64,000 bases of DNA. Source: Octopus sinensis. Lineage: Eukaryota. Position 1 is the stretch's first letter, and each line of letters begins with the position of its first letter. The stretch lies in NCBI RefSeq assembly GCF_006345805.1, contig NC_043026.1, forward strand, positions 11,569,751 to 11,633,750. Direction: 5' to 3'. Shown here one piece after another: positions 22,648 through 34,164 of this stretch. The notes beneath the pieces are model-generated. The model did not search any database and was not told the origin of the DNA. It worked only from the letters and a program-made list of their open reading frames with translations. The position numbers and the translations under genes were made by a program.

Positions 22648-24182
22648 CTATCCTGTGTGAACGAGTTTGTGCTTGATTAACTGACCACTTTGGGGGAATG
22701 ATTTGCCACAAATATCGCAGTGATAAGGTTTATCACCTGTGTGAATACGTATGTGCATTGTTAAGTTCCAACTTTCAGAGAATGATTTGCCACAGGTGTC
22801 ACAATGATATGGTTTCTCACCTGTATGACTTCGTTTGTGTTTAGTTAGGTGATAACTTTGAGCGAATGATTTGCCACAGATATCACAATGATATGGCTTT
22901 TCTCCTGTGTGTATACGTTTGTGTTTATTTAAGTTATAGTTATGAGAGAATGGTTTACCACAGATATCACACTGATATGGTTTCTCTCCTGTATGAACAC
23001 GTATGTGCTTAATTAAGCTGCTATTTGCAGAGAATGATTTTCCACAAATATCACAACAATATGATTGCTCTCCTGTATGAATTTGTTTGTGTTTAATGAA
23101 GTAACTATTAACAGAGAATGATTTGCCACAGATATCACAGTGATATCCTTTCCTTCCTGTATGAATACGTCTGTGTTCAGTTAGATGATGATTTTGAGGG
23201 AATGACTTACCACAGATATCACACTGATATGGTTTCTCTCCTGTATGAATACGTTTGTGTTTAATTAAGTTGCTACTTCCAGCGAATGATTTACCACAGA
23301 TGTCACAGTGATACGGCTTCTCTCCTGTATGCATGTGCTTGTGTGTCTTTAAGTTACCACTTCCAGAGAATGATCTGCCACAGATATCACACTGATATGG
23401 TTTCTCTCCTGTGTGAATACGTTTGTGTTTCACCAAGGAACTTTTTACAGAGAATGATTTGCCGCAGATATCACACTGATATGGTTTATGTTTCTCACTT
23501 GTATGACCTTGTTTGAGTTGAATAAAGCTGCTACCTGCAGAGAAGGGTTTACCAGAAATGTCACAATATGGTTTCATTCCTGTATGAATACGTTTGTGAC
23601 GAGTTAGGGTACCCTCTGAGAGAATGATTTGCCACAAATATTACAGCAAAATGGTTTCTCTCCTGTGTGAATATGCTTATGAGAAATCAATCCACCGTTT
23701 TGAGAGAATGATCTGCCACAGATATCACACTGATATGGTTTCTCTCCTGTGTGAATACGTTTGTGCCTAGATAAGTTATTACTTCGTAAGAACGATCTGC
23801 CACAGATATCACAATGACATGATTTCTCTCCTGTGTGACTTCGTTTGTGTTCAGTTAGGTGATGACCTTGAGAAAATGATTTACCACAAATGTCACACTG
23901 ATACGGTTTCTCTCCTGTATGATTAAGTTTGTGTTTTGTTAAGTTACCACTTGCAGAGAAGGATTTACCACAAATATCACAGTGATATGGCTTCTCTCCT
24001 GTATGACTACGCTTGTGTATTCTTAAGCTACTATTTTTAAAGAATGATTTGCCACAGATATCACAATGATATGATTTCTCGCTTGTATGAATATATTTGT
24101 GTTTCATTAATTTATGACTTTCAGAGAAGAATTTCCCACAAACATCACAATGGTGTGATGTTTTCCCTTTCTCTTTGTTCAT
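22648..24182 (-). pseudogene. ZNF-5: C2H2 gene of about 18 fingers, interrupted by a 1-nt frameshift in finger 7 (true lesion or assembly error)
   Basis: ORFs 23604..24236 and 22648..23637 join into S-Q-(R/S)-G-T-L-T-R-H if one base is added at CAGAGGGTACC (about 23607-23617). Start ATG at 24182 (MNKEKGKTSHHC). Confidence 0.8.
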
Positions 24183-24775
24183 GTTACTATGCAAACCAAT
24201 TCTTTTAAACCGTGTTTTATATTTAAACTTATTCACACATTATTCATCTTGCATTCTTTTTCTTTTCTCATGACAATATACAGATATTTATCTTCTTTAC
24301 ATTTCTATATTTCATTCCTTTTAAATATTTCTACTTCAGTGATTTTTGTCAATATCTGGATTGAGTTGTAAACTCTGTTTTAATTCAAATGCAATGTCAC
24401 ATTCTAGTCAACAAAAGAATTATTTCTATCAATCTCAGCATACAAAATATACAAGCTTGTAATTTGACATAGATTCATATAAGGAAATTTATATCTTTCC
24501 TGTCTAACATTTTCTTTTAGATTTTAAAATATGATAGATATTGCTGATGTATACCATATATACAATTCTTTGGCGCCAATGTCTGAAATAGTAGAGAAAC
24601 GACAGTGTAAGACACAGAGATCACTTGGAATACAACAGAATAAATTTTAGTACATTTTTAGAGATTTTTAGATCGTAGTTTGGAGAATAGTGAAGAATAA
24701 GCTCGTTTGTTTATCTTGTTATTAATTAAATCTGGGCAAAACTACAGATGCGTGCCTGCCAAATGCGTTACTTAT

Positions 24776-25400
24776 TTCTTATTCAGAATTTTCAGGGATT
24801 ATTTTAGATGGTGCAGATTAGGGTCATATCGGAATTAGTAGTGAAAAATCTTTTCGGAAGCGTGTAGAGGAGTTTCAATTTGCTTCCTCGACATTCTGAA
24901 AGCTGGATATCTTTTGCATCAAATTTTCTACTAATCTCTTCCTGACAGTGTAGATGACGATAATATGGGAGTTTGATGTGAAAACAAAATTTGGGGTGAA
25001 GTCGGATAATTCACAAACCAACATTGATTTCTCGTACGTTTTCAAGAGGTACGTGAATTATCGCCACTCTTATTTTTCGTCCACACATCATATTCTTTCC
25101 GAAAAATACTTATTTCTTATTCAGAATTTTCAGGGATATATTTTAGATGATGCAGATTGGGGTCATATCGGAATTAGTAGTGAAATGTCTTTTCGGAAGC
25201 GTGTAGAGGAGTTTCAATTTGCTTCCTCGACATTCTGAAAGCTGGATATCTTTTGCATCAAATTTTCTACTAATCTGTTCTTGAGAGTGTAGGAGTTTGA
25301 TGTGAAAACAAAATTTGGGGCGAAGTCGGATAATTCACAAACCAACATTGCTTCCTCGTACGTGAATTATCGCCACTCTTATTTTTCGTCCACACATCAT
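24776..25400. repeat. ~330-bp imperfect tandem duplication in the ZNF-5 upstream/intron block
   Basis: TACTTATTTCTTATTCAGAATTTTCAGGGA...GGAGTTTGATGTGAAAACAAAATTTGGGG occurs twice; homologous to 17990..18260. Confidence 0.8.
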
Positions 25401-25420
25401 ATTCCGAGAAAATCATAATG

Positions 25421-25842
25421 GGCAATCTTTCGTCTCAAGTAGACCTTTCCGTCGATTTCCGTAAAAGAATTTTTTTTTTTTTTTACATATGGGCTTGCGG
25501 GAACTTTTGAAGTAATGAGAGCGAAAGAGACTAAGAGAAAACGATTGTATGACGAGGGAAGTTCTTTTGAAGTTACCTCTGTCTCTTCACACACACTAAC
25601 AGAAGCACTTCACTTACACAACATACTGTCTGTCTCCCACACCCCATCAAACACACACACACACACATGTACATCAATGCACCCATGCACGGTAACTTCG
25701 AAAGAACTTCCCTCGTCATACAATCGCTTTCTCTTAGTCTCTTTCGCTCTCATTACTTCAAAAGTTCCCGCAAGCCCATAAGTAAAAAAAAAAAAAATTT
25801 ACGGAAATCGACGGAAAGGTCTACTAGAGACGAAAGATTGCC
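25421..25842. mobile_element. MITE family M1, ~90-bp TIRs
   Basis: GGCAATCTTTCGTCTCAAGTAGACCTTTCCGTCGATTTCCG ... CGGAAATCGACGGAAAGGTCTACTAGAGACGAAAGATTGCC. Confidence 0.85.
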
Positions 25843-26525
25843 TATCGTTTTTATTTTAAATAATCCATTTTGCCCCTACGTATAAATCTGTCTAAATCTG
25901 TTTAATCAATGACTTCAGACAAAGCTGTGGAGAATGAAAGAACATCGATGTCTGACAAGTAACACCAAAAGGTTTTATATTACTCATGTCCAACTACTTT
26001 TACTAAAATATTTGTATTATTACATCTTACCTGTGATTCTACGTAAATCTGTGTTGATAGTGAAACATCTTCAATTACAACAATTATTCCTTTAATTACG
26101 CCACTCAGCAAAGTGTATAGTTTCGCAAAAGAAATTCTAAAAAACCGACTCGGAAACGCAAATGACGAAATGTATTTTGTTTCTGCTTTTTAAGCTCCAA
26201 GGAAAGATATATAGGAATTATGTCTCAAACAATTAACTTGAAATTGAAATATGCAAAGTGTCGTTGTTAAATGTATTGGAATTGTTAAAATTTTATTTCA
26301 AATAAAAAGAATAATGATTTAGCAAATGACGAAACGTACTTTGTTTCTGCTTTTAAGCTCCAAGAAAAATACCGAGGTATTATTATATCTCAAGCAATTA
26401 ACTTGAACTGTGTAAAGTGTATTGGAATTGTTAAAATTTGATTTCATATAAAAATAATAATGGAATTTCTGTATATTTCCGTTTTAGAACTTTTCGTTTT
26501 CTCCAGTTCATTTGTACTGGGAAAT

Positions 26526-26821
26526 TCAATATCTAGGCGTAGGAGTGGCTGTGTGGTAAGTAGCTTGGATTTGGTAGACGGAAACTGAAAGAAGCCCGTC
26601 GTATATATGTATATGTGTTTGTGTGTCTATCTCCCCCAACATCGCTTGACAACCGATGCTGGTGTGTTTAGGTCTCCGTAACTTAGCGGTTCGGCGAAGG
26701 AGACCGATAGAATAAGTACTAGGCTTACAAAGAATAAGTCTTGGGATCGATTTGCTCGACTAAAAGGCGGTGCTCCAGCATGGCCAGTCAAATGGCTGAA
26801 ACAAGTAAAAGAGTAAAGAGT
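26526..26821 (+). mobile_element. SINE family B with internal deletion
   Basis: GGCGTAGGAGTGGCTGTGTGG head joined directly to GGATTTGGTAGACG; normal tail. Confidence 0.8.
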
Positions 26822-27007
26822 CCCAATTGAATGACACCATATAGCGAAGCACAAATAATAAAAGTTCTTGAGAAATATAAATAAGTATTTTTGCCAGCAG
26901 TGATTTCATTGATTGAATCTATAAGACTAGTATATGTAGCCTTCTCTATATTTAGTGAAGTATAGTAATGAACGAATCACGATTGTTTATTCCAATAAAG
27001 ATATCTA

Positions 27008-27400
27008 GGATCTTTTCGGTTTGAACGACAGTTTTTAACATAATTTCTAGGTAACTAAAAAATGTTAAACTGCGTATTCTGGTAGAATGCGTTTATAAAA
27101 CATCTTTTTCTCTTGGCTTTATTGAGAAAATTCTATAGTTTGTAAGATATTTGTTGTTGTTTTTTCTTCAATTTCTGCAATTTCAACCAATCAATGACGT
27201 CTATTAAGGTAAAAAAAAACATTCTGTGCCGTATGAATGTCTGGGTTTATTTACATTTCTGAAGAAAACAGATACCCCTTCCCCCACCCCTAACCCTAAA
27301 AGAGATTGAAATGCAATGGATCGATACTAGGGTCATAATTATGGGTGACAATTTCATATGACACCGCTAGAAAAAACTACCGTTCAAACCGAAAAGATCC
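27008..27400. mobile_element. MITE family M2, Merlin-like (GG termini, 8-bp TSD)
   Basis: TIR GGATCTTTTCGGTTTGAACG / CGTTCAAACCGAAAAGATCC; TSD GATATCTA on both sides. Related partial copies at about 17410..17632 and 21455..21720. Confidence 0.8.
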
Positions 27401-27874
27401 GATATCTATCTCATACCAACCTATCTAATACTTCTAACGAGGAGACTTCCATCATGTCAAAAATTAATGACAAATCCCTCGTTTATCACGTGTAGAGTGT
27501 CACCTTTCACTATGACAACCACTGGTTTCCTTGGAAAGGATCTAACAGAATTTAATTTAAACAAGGCAGTGAGCTGGCAGAAACGTTAGCACGCCGGGCG
27601 AAATGCTTAGCAGTATTTCGTCAGCCACTACGTTCTGGACGTGGCCAGCTGGAGAGATATCCAGGCTCCAATTGTCTGTATTGACTTGGTTTCTATGGTT
27701 GGATGCCCTTCCTAATGCCAACCACTTCACAGTGTGCGATGGGGGCTTTTTACATGATACTGGCACAGCTGCTCTATATGTGGGATCAGCACAGGTGTTT
27801 TCTATGAGATACTGACACTATACAAAAAATATCATACCAGATTTATGAAAATACATTTGCATAACATTTACGTA

Positions 27875-28245
27875 TTTACTTGTTTCAGTCATTTGACTGT
27901 GGCCATGCTGGAGCACTGCCTTTAGTCAAGCGCAAATCGACCCCAGGACTTATTCTTTGTAAACCTAGTACTTATTCTATCGGTCTCTTTTGCCGAACCG
28001 CTAAGTTACGGGGACGTAAACACAAGTGATGTTGGGGAGACAAACACAGACACACAAACATATTTACACATACATATATATGGCAGGCTTCTTTCAGTTT
28101 CCGTCTACCAAATCTACTCACAAGGCTTTGGTCGGCCCGAGGCTATAATAGAAGACACTTACCCAAGCTGCCATGCAGTAAGACTGAACCCGGAACTATG
28201 TGGTTCGTAAGCAAGCTACTTACCACATAGCCACTCTTACACCTA
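27875..28245 (-). mobile_element. SINE family B
   Basis: Tail, body and head all recognisable; diverged. Confidence 0.85.
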
Positions 28246-28490
28246 TAACATAACATTTGTATAACATTTACCTACATTTGCAAATAAAAATAATATTTTC
28301 CTCCCTCTGCAAATGGTATTACAAAGATGGAGAAAGCATGTTAATAATAAGGTTGTGAATGGCAACAAAAAGACTGGCAAACTTCACTGATTGACGAACC
28401 AGACGGTTAATAAAACAGTTGATTAATTAATTGGATGCCTGTTAATGACAGGTTGTTATTGTTGCTGAGAGAAAAATACAAAGAGGTAAT

Positions 28491-29010
28491 CATCATCATC
28501 ATCATCATCGTTTAACGTCCGTTCTCCATGCTAGCATGGGTTGGACGGTTCAACCGGGGTCTGGGAAGCCAGAAGGCTGCACCAGGCACCAGTCTGATCT
28601 GGCAGTGGTTCTACAGCTGGATGCCCTTCCTAACGCCAATGTGTATATATATGGCTGCCTTTTCTAGCAGGTCAAGCAGACACCTAGAGATTTCCACAAT
28701 GATTTTTTCAATGACCATGTGAATTCTTGTGAGCTGATACTTCTACTAAGTTGTATAGTACATTTTTTTCTTTTTTTTTTTACTTCATCCACCAATCCGA
28801 TCGTGGCCGTTGCCAGCCTCGCCTGGCACGTAAAAAGCACCCACTACACTCACAGAGTGGTTGGCGTTAGGAAGGGCATCCAGCTGTAGAAACACTGCCA
28901 GATCAGACTGGAGCCTGGTGCAGCCTTTCTGGCTTCCCAGATCCCTGGTCGAACCGTCCAACACATGCCAGCATGGAAAGCGGACGTTAAACGATGATGA
29001 TGATGATGAT
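28491..29010. mobile_element. Two family C copies in inverted orientation (28491..28640 minus; 28795..29010 plus)
   Basis: (CAT)n...GGATGCCCTTCCTAACGCCAA on the left, mirrored by TTGGCGTTAGGAAGGGCATCC...(GAT)n on the right. Confidence 0.8.
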
Positions 29011-29012
29011 AT

Positions 29013-29394
29013 ATACTTTATTTAAAGTAGCAGAAAATTCAACAAAACCTGTTGAAACTCAGAGTAACAGGTTCTGTTGAATTTTCTGCTGCTTTAAATA
29101 AAGCATATTACTCTACCACTGGTATTTGAGTACTCTTTTTTCCACCTTGTTTCACATTTATGTGTTTACTCCGGTATATATATATATATATATATATATA
29201 CTTTATTTAAAGCAGCAGAAAAAAACCTGTTACTCTGAGTTTCCTGTTGCCGTTCATCGGACAGTTCGGCAACGGGAAACTCAGAGTAACAGGTTTTGTT
29301 GAATTTTCTGCTGCTTTAAATAAAGCATATTACTCTACCACTGGTATTTGAGTACTCTTTTTTCCACCTTGTTTCACATTTATGTGTTTACTCC
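29013..29394. mobile_element. Two tandem inverted-repeat units, Penelope-like pseudo-LTR architecture
   Basis: Each unit is an inverted truncated arm plus a direct arm ending ...TTTATGTGTTTACTCC, separated by (TA)n. Contains a hammerhead-like motif. No PLE ORF is present, so the class is inferred. Confidence 0.5.
29226..29266 (-). ncRNA. Candidate minimal type I hammerhead ribozyme (U4C core variant)
   Basis: 5'-CUGU-CCGAUGA-ACG-GCAA-CAG-GAA-ACUC-A-GAGU-A/ACAG-3'. Stem I CUGU:ACAG, near-palindromic stem III ACUC:GAGU, GUA cleavage triplet. Stem II is weak in this copy. Confidence 0.5.
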
Positions 29395-29450
<56 letters not shown>

Positions 29451-29763
29451 GTGTGTGAAAGATGAATAGGTAGACTGTTGTCACCATAATAACTAATTAG
29501 ACTTTCACTATATAACAGTCTACTATTAAAAGAAGGTAGGTGCATGATGAACAAATATTTTTACCAGCAGTGCAGTGATGGGTAAAGATTTAGTAATAAC
29601 AACAGAAGTAAAACAGAACCTGCTTATGACTTTATTATTGGCATTATGACCTTCTTGAGATACAACATAGATAGTTTCAGCACATGACTTCACATCAAGA
29701 ATCTTGCATACTTAAGACAAAAACACAGTATAAATGACTATTCTGAGGGAATGTTTTTATTAA

Positions 29764-30136
29764 AAACTAGCAGTATCGCTCGAGTTTGTAAGGGAAATAA
29801 CTATATAAGCCTTTTTAGAGAGTTATAGCCAAAAAATAGCAAAAAAATGCATTAAAAATGGGAAAAAAAATAATGGTAAATTTTTTTTTAAATCGTTGTC
29901 TCATCGTAGACATTTTTAGAGAGTTACTTCCCTTATATAATATCGAAAAAATTGATGGTAAATTTTTTTTAAATCGTAGACTCATCGTAGACGTGCGCTA
30001 ATACCCAGAAAGGCTCAATATGAATCACGACTATAAGATACCCGGTTTTGGTTAAACTGCACCACAAAATGTGGGAGCAGTTAGGAATCTAAATCGTAGG
30101 AGACAGACACACAACTTCACTTTTATATATAAAGAT
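29764..30136 (+). mobile_element. Helentron/HINE-like non-autonomous element, single copy
   Basis: Same 5' ACTAGCAGTATCG and 3' GGAGACAGACACACAACTTCACTTTTATATATAAAGAT as 19479..20466. Confidence 0.6.
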
Positions 30137-30164
30137 ATCAGTGTGAAGTTTTCTCATGGAAGTA

Positions 30165-30505
30165 GATATAGACAAAAAGTAAAGACCCCGCTTCGGTCAT
30201 GAATGACTGTGGTATTGCATCCTAGGCATGAATCTGGGAAAGGTTGTCCATGGAAGACTAGCAGTCGCTCATGCATATCAGCTTCCCCTTCTCTATGCCA
30301 CTGATGTTTCATCCAAGGGAAAGGCAAAAGTTGATACAGCTTGGCACCAGTGATGTTGCATCTCATTTCTACATCTGAGTGAACTTGAGCAACATGAAAT
30401 AAAGTGTCTTGCTCAAGAACACAACACAGCCCGGTTCGAGAATCAAACTCACTACCTCATGATTGTGAGCCCGATGCTCTTACCACTGAGCCATGTGCCT
30501 TTACC
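30165..30505 (-). mobile_element. tRNA-derived SINE, family E
   Basis: TGGCTCAGTGGTAAGAGCA A box, degenerate B box, then TTCTTGAGCAAGACACTTTA, a CORE/V-type central motif. Confidence 0.7.
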
Positions 30506-30712
30506 GATATAGATATGGTTATAAAAAAAAATATTGGGAGGTTGTTGCTACACAGTCATATCTTTTTCCAGTGTTACGTAAGAGAAAGAATTTTAACATT
30601 GCAATGGTTGCACTTGTGTGTATACAAACTTTTAGTTGAGACGTTTTTGACAAAACAATTTTACCACAGCTATCACAAGGATAGGGTCTCTTCTTTATGA
30701 ATAATTTTTTAA

Positions 30713-30935
30713 CCCTTTACTCTTCGCATTATTCTACCAAAAATTAATGCTTCTTCATCCACATTGTTTTGAATTAATCATGCATTAATCTTGTAGCTAT
30801 GAGATTTTGATGAGGTAGCTGTTAATTTTTAAAACGATATTGTAGGATTGGTGTGAGAGACCAGATCTGGCCAGTTTGAACATAAAACAGTTAGAATACC
30901 CTTGGCCGGATATGGTCAGTTTAAATACTAAAGGG
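30713..30935. mobile_element. piggyBac-like MITE, family P1, 33 nt past the ZNF-6 stop
   Basis: TTAA|CCCTTTAC ... TAAAGGG|TTAA (30709-30712 and 30936-30939). Confidence 0.8.
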
Positions 30936-30967
30936 TTAAGTATGTTATTCCTGTTTCCCTATAGAAA

Positions 30968-32083
30968 TCAGTGAGTGTTTTCTCTTCCTGTATGAATACG
31001 TTTGTGTCTAGTTAATTCTCCACTTTGACAGAATGACTTACCGCAGATATCACAGTGATATGGCTTCTCCCCTGAGTGAATACGTTTGTGAGAAGTTAAG
31101 ACACTACTTTGCGAGAATGATTTACCACAAATATCACAGTGATATGGTTTCTCTCCAGTATGAATACGTTTGTGATCAGTTAACTGGTGACTTTGAGCAA
31201 ACGATTTACCACAGATATAACAGTGATATGGTTTCTCACCTGTATGAATACGCTTGTGTCTATTTAATTCAAAACATCCCGAGAATGATTTACCACAGAT
31301 ATCACAATGATATGGTTTCTCACCTGTATGAATACGTTTGTGTCGAGTTACGTCACTATTTTGAGAGAATGTTTTATTGCAGATATCACAGTGAAACGGT
31401 TTCCCTCCTGTGTGGATATATTTATGCATAGTTAAGTGACTTTTCTGAGAGAAGGATTTACCACAGATCTCACAGCTGTACGGTTTGTCTCCTGTATGAA
31501 TACGTTTGTGAGTAGTTAAGTGACCGGTTTGAGAAAATGATATGCCACAGATATTACACTGATATGGTTTCTCACCTGTGTGAATACGTTTGTGTTTAGT
31601 TAAGTCACTAAATTCAGCAAATGATTTACTACAGGCATCACAATAATATGGTTTCTCTCCCGTGTGAATATGTATGTGTTTAGTCAGCTGACCTTTTTGA
31701 TAGAACGATTGACCACACATGTGGCAGTCATACGGCTCTTTTCGTGTATGAGCATTTAGATGTTTAGTTAAGTGACCTCTTTGAAAAAATGATTTACTAC
31801 AGATATCACAGTTATATGGCTTCTCTCCTGTATGGATACGTATGTGTATAGTTAAGTTATTACTTCTAGAGAACGATTTCCCACAGATATCACAGTGATA
31901 TGGCTTCTCTCCTGTATGACTTTGTTTGTGTTTAGCAAAGTTTTTGCTTCTAGAGAATGATTTACCACAAATATCACAGTGATATGGTATTTTCCTTTTC
32001 TCTTTCAGTTTTCCATCAAGAAAATCAATTCTTTTAGACTGTGTTTTACATTTAGCCTTGTTCACAATTGATTTATTCTCCAT
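30968..32083 (-). CDS. ZNF-6: C2H2 zinc-finger protein, 371 aa, 12 fingers, N-terminally extended
   Basis: ATG-initiated ORF; its leader aligns with the upstream region of ZNF-2/3/5. Confidence 0.92.
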   Translation of the reverse strand: MENKSIVNKAKCKTQSKRIDFLDGKLKEKRKIPYHCDICGKSFSRSKNFAKHKQSHTGEKPYHCDICGKSFSRSNNLTIHIRIHTGEKPYNCDICSKSFFQRGHLTKHLNAHTRKEPYDCHMCGQSFYQKGQLTKHIHIHTGEKPYYCDACSKSFAEFSDLTKHKRIHTGEKPYQCNICGISFSQTGHLTTHKRIHTGDKPYSCEICGKSFSQKSHLTMHKYIHTGGKPFHCDICNKTFSQNSDVTRHKRIHTGEKPYHCDICGKSFSGCFELNRHKRIHTGEKPYHCYICGKSFAQSHQLTDHKRIHTGEKPYHCDICGKSFSQSSVLTSHKRIHSGEKPYHCDICGKSFCQSGELTRHKRIHTGRENTH

Positions 32084-32261
32084 GATATTTCTCCTTCCAC
32101 CACAGTAGTATATATTTTATATGCTTGCATTAATGCTTCTAACAAATATTTTCACTCCTGTATCTTCATTAACAGAAATCTTTGTTGAATATCATCAGAT
32201 GCTGAAAATCCTTTATATACACTTTTATCCAAGCTTAATATGCAAATGTAAATTATTTCTA

Positions 32262-32484
32262 CCGAGCTGGCAGAAACGTTAGCACGCCGGACGAAATGCG
32301 TAGCCGTATCTCGTCTGCCGTTACATTCTGAGTTCAAATTCCGCCGAGGTCGACTTTGCCTTTCATCCTTTCGGGGTCGATAAATTAAGTACCAGTTACG
32401 CACTGGGGTCGATATAATCGTCTTAATCCATTTGTCCTTGCTTGTCCCCTCTGTGTTTAGCCCCTTCTGGGTAGTAAAGAAACA
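32262..32484 (+). mobile_element. SINE family A monomer
   Basis: Head, core and AAAGAAACA end; lies within the inferred 5' UTR of ZNF-6. Confidence 0.85.
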
Positions 32485-32807
32485 GATTCCAGGTGGTTAT
32501 TCAACTATAAACAGGGGCATATCTGTTCAGTGTAGCATTTCATCTACTCTTTAAAACATTTCCATAGATATTGTTGAAGGGTCTGATGTAAACATATTAC
32601 GTGTCATCAGATATTCTGAAACAGTAAAGCATAAAATATAATGGATACTTAAGCAGGGAATCAACAATGCAAATTTTAGTACATTTCTATTTTTATAAAC
32701 TGTAGGTATAAACATTTACCTGATAAACGAACTTTACTTTTTAGCAAATTAAAATTCTGTTAAGTCTACTTGTTTGTGGACTATGGCTTTAACTTTAGAA
32801 TATTGGA

Positions 32808-33385
32808 ATTGCGAAGACATGTTGGGGCAAGCGAAAGCGAAATCGAATTGAACCAGCCAGGATCCCTGGTCTGGTGGTACGTAAAAAGCCCTATCCGACT
32901 CGTGGCCGATGCCAGCGCCGCCTCGACTGGCTTCCGTGCCGGTGGCACATAAAATACACCAATCCGACCGTGGCCGTTGCCAGCCTCGCCTGGCACCTGT
33001 GCAGGTGGCACGTAAAAAGCATGTAAAAATCGAATTGAACCAGCCAGGATCCCTGGTCTGGTGGTACGTAAAAAGCACTATCCGACTCGTGGCCGATGCC
33101 AGCCCCGCCTCGACTGGCTTCCGTGCCGGTGGCACATAAAATACACCAATCCGACCGTGGCCGTTGCCAGCCTTGTCTGGCACCTGTGCAGGTGGCACGT
33201 AAAAAGCACCCACTACACTCACGGAGTGGTTGGCGTTAGGAAGGGCATCCAGCTGTAGAAACACTGCCAGATCAGACCGGAGCCTGGTGCAGCCTCCTGG
33301 CTTCCCAGATCCCCGGTCGAACCGTCCAACCCATGCTAGCATGGAGAACGGACGTTAAACGATGATGATGATGATGATGATGATG
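32808..33385 (+). mobile_element. SINE-like family C, longest copy, with an internal ~180-bp duplication
   Basis: GGTTGGCGTTAGGAAGGGCATCCAGCTGTAGAAA (resembles the Nin/Deu-type central domain), subrepeats and a (GAT)n tail. No tRNA head visible. Confidence 0.8.
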
Positions 33386-33667
33386 AATGCATGTGAGAGT
33401 CACAAAGAAATGAAGGTAATCAGGTGGTCGTGGGATATGCTAAAAACAACAACTAAATTGTCCTTAAATCACAAACTTCTTCCTTCCTTCCTTTTTTTGC
33501 AAAATCGTATGAACTCCCGTGTGTTGAACTCAAATTCGAAAAAAACTTTCCGACAACTCCAAAAAGTAAAAACAGTTATTAGGGGGGTAATGTGGAATAC
33601 TTAAACCTGAATTTTGCCCCGGCAAATTTCAATTTGGTAATTACGCTTTTCAAATTATACAGGTATC

Positions 33668-34119
33668 TCTCTTTTACTTGTTTCAGTCATTTGACTGCGG
33701 CCATGCTGGAGCACCGCCCTTTAGTCGAGCAAATCGACCCCGGGACTTATTCTTTTGTAAGCCCAATACTTATTCTATCGGTCCCTTTTCTCTTTTACTT
33801 GTTTCAGTCATTTGACTGCGGCCATGCTGGAGCACCGCCCTTTAGTCGAGCAAATAGACCCCGGGACTTATTCTTTTGTAAGCCCAATACTTATTCTATC
33901 GGTCCCTTTTCTCTTTTACTCTTTTACTTGTTTCAGTCATTTGACTGCGGCCATGCTGGAGCACCGCCTTTAGTCGAGCAAATCGACCCCGGGACTTATT
34001 CTTTGTAAGCCCAGTACTTACTCTATCGGTCTCTTTTGCCGAACCGCTAAGTGACGGGGACATAAACACACCAGCATTGGTTGTCAAGCAATGCTAGGGG
34101 GACAAACACAGACGCACAA

Positions 34120-34164
<45 letters not shown>

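Noticed and set aside
23604-23637. Programmed ribosomal frameshift joining the two ZNF-5 ORFs
   Set aside because: No XXXYYYZ slippery heptamer or downstream structure is seen. A 1-nt indel explains it.
31033-31431. Antisense ORFs of the [10 protein letters not shown] type (also 16621, 23286, 44198, 44534, 49575, 49884, 60217, 60637, 61126)
   Set aside because: They are reverse-strand shadows of the repetitive C2H2 codons, with the same 84-nt period and no independent coding signal.
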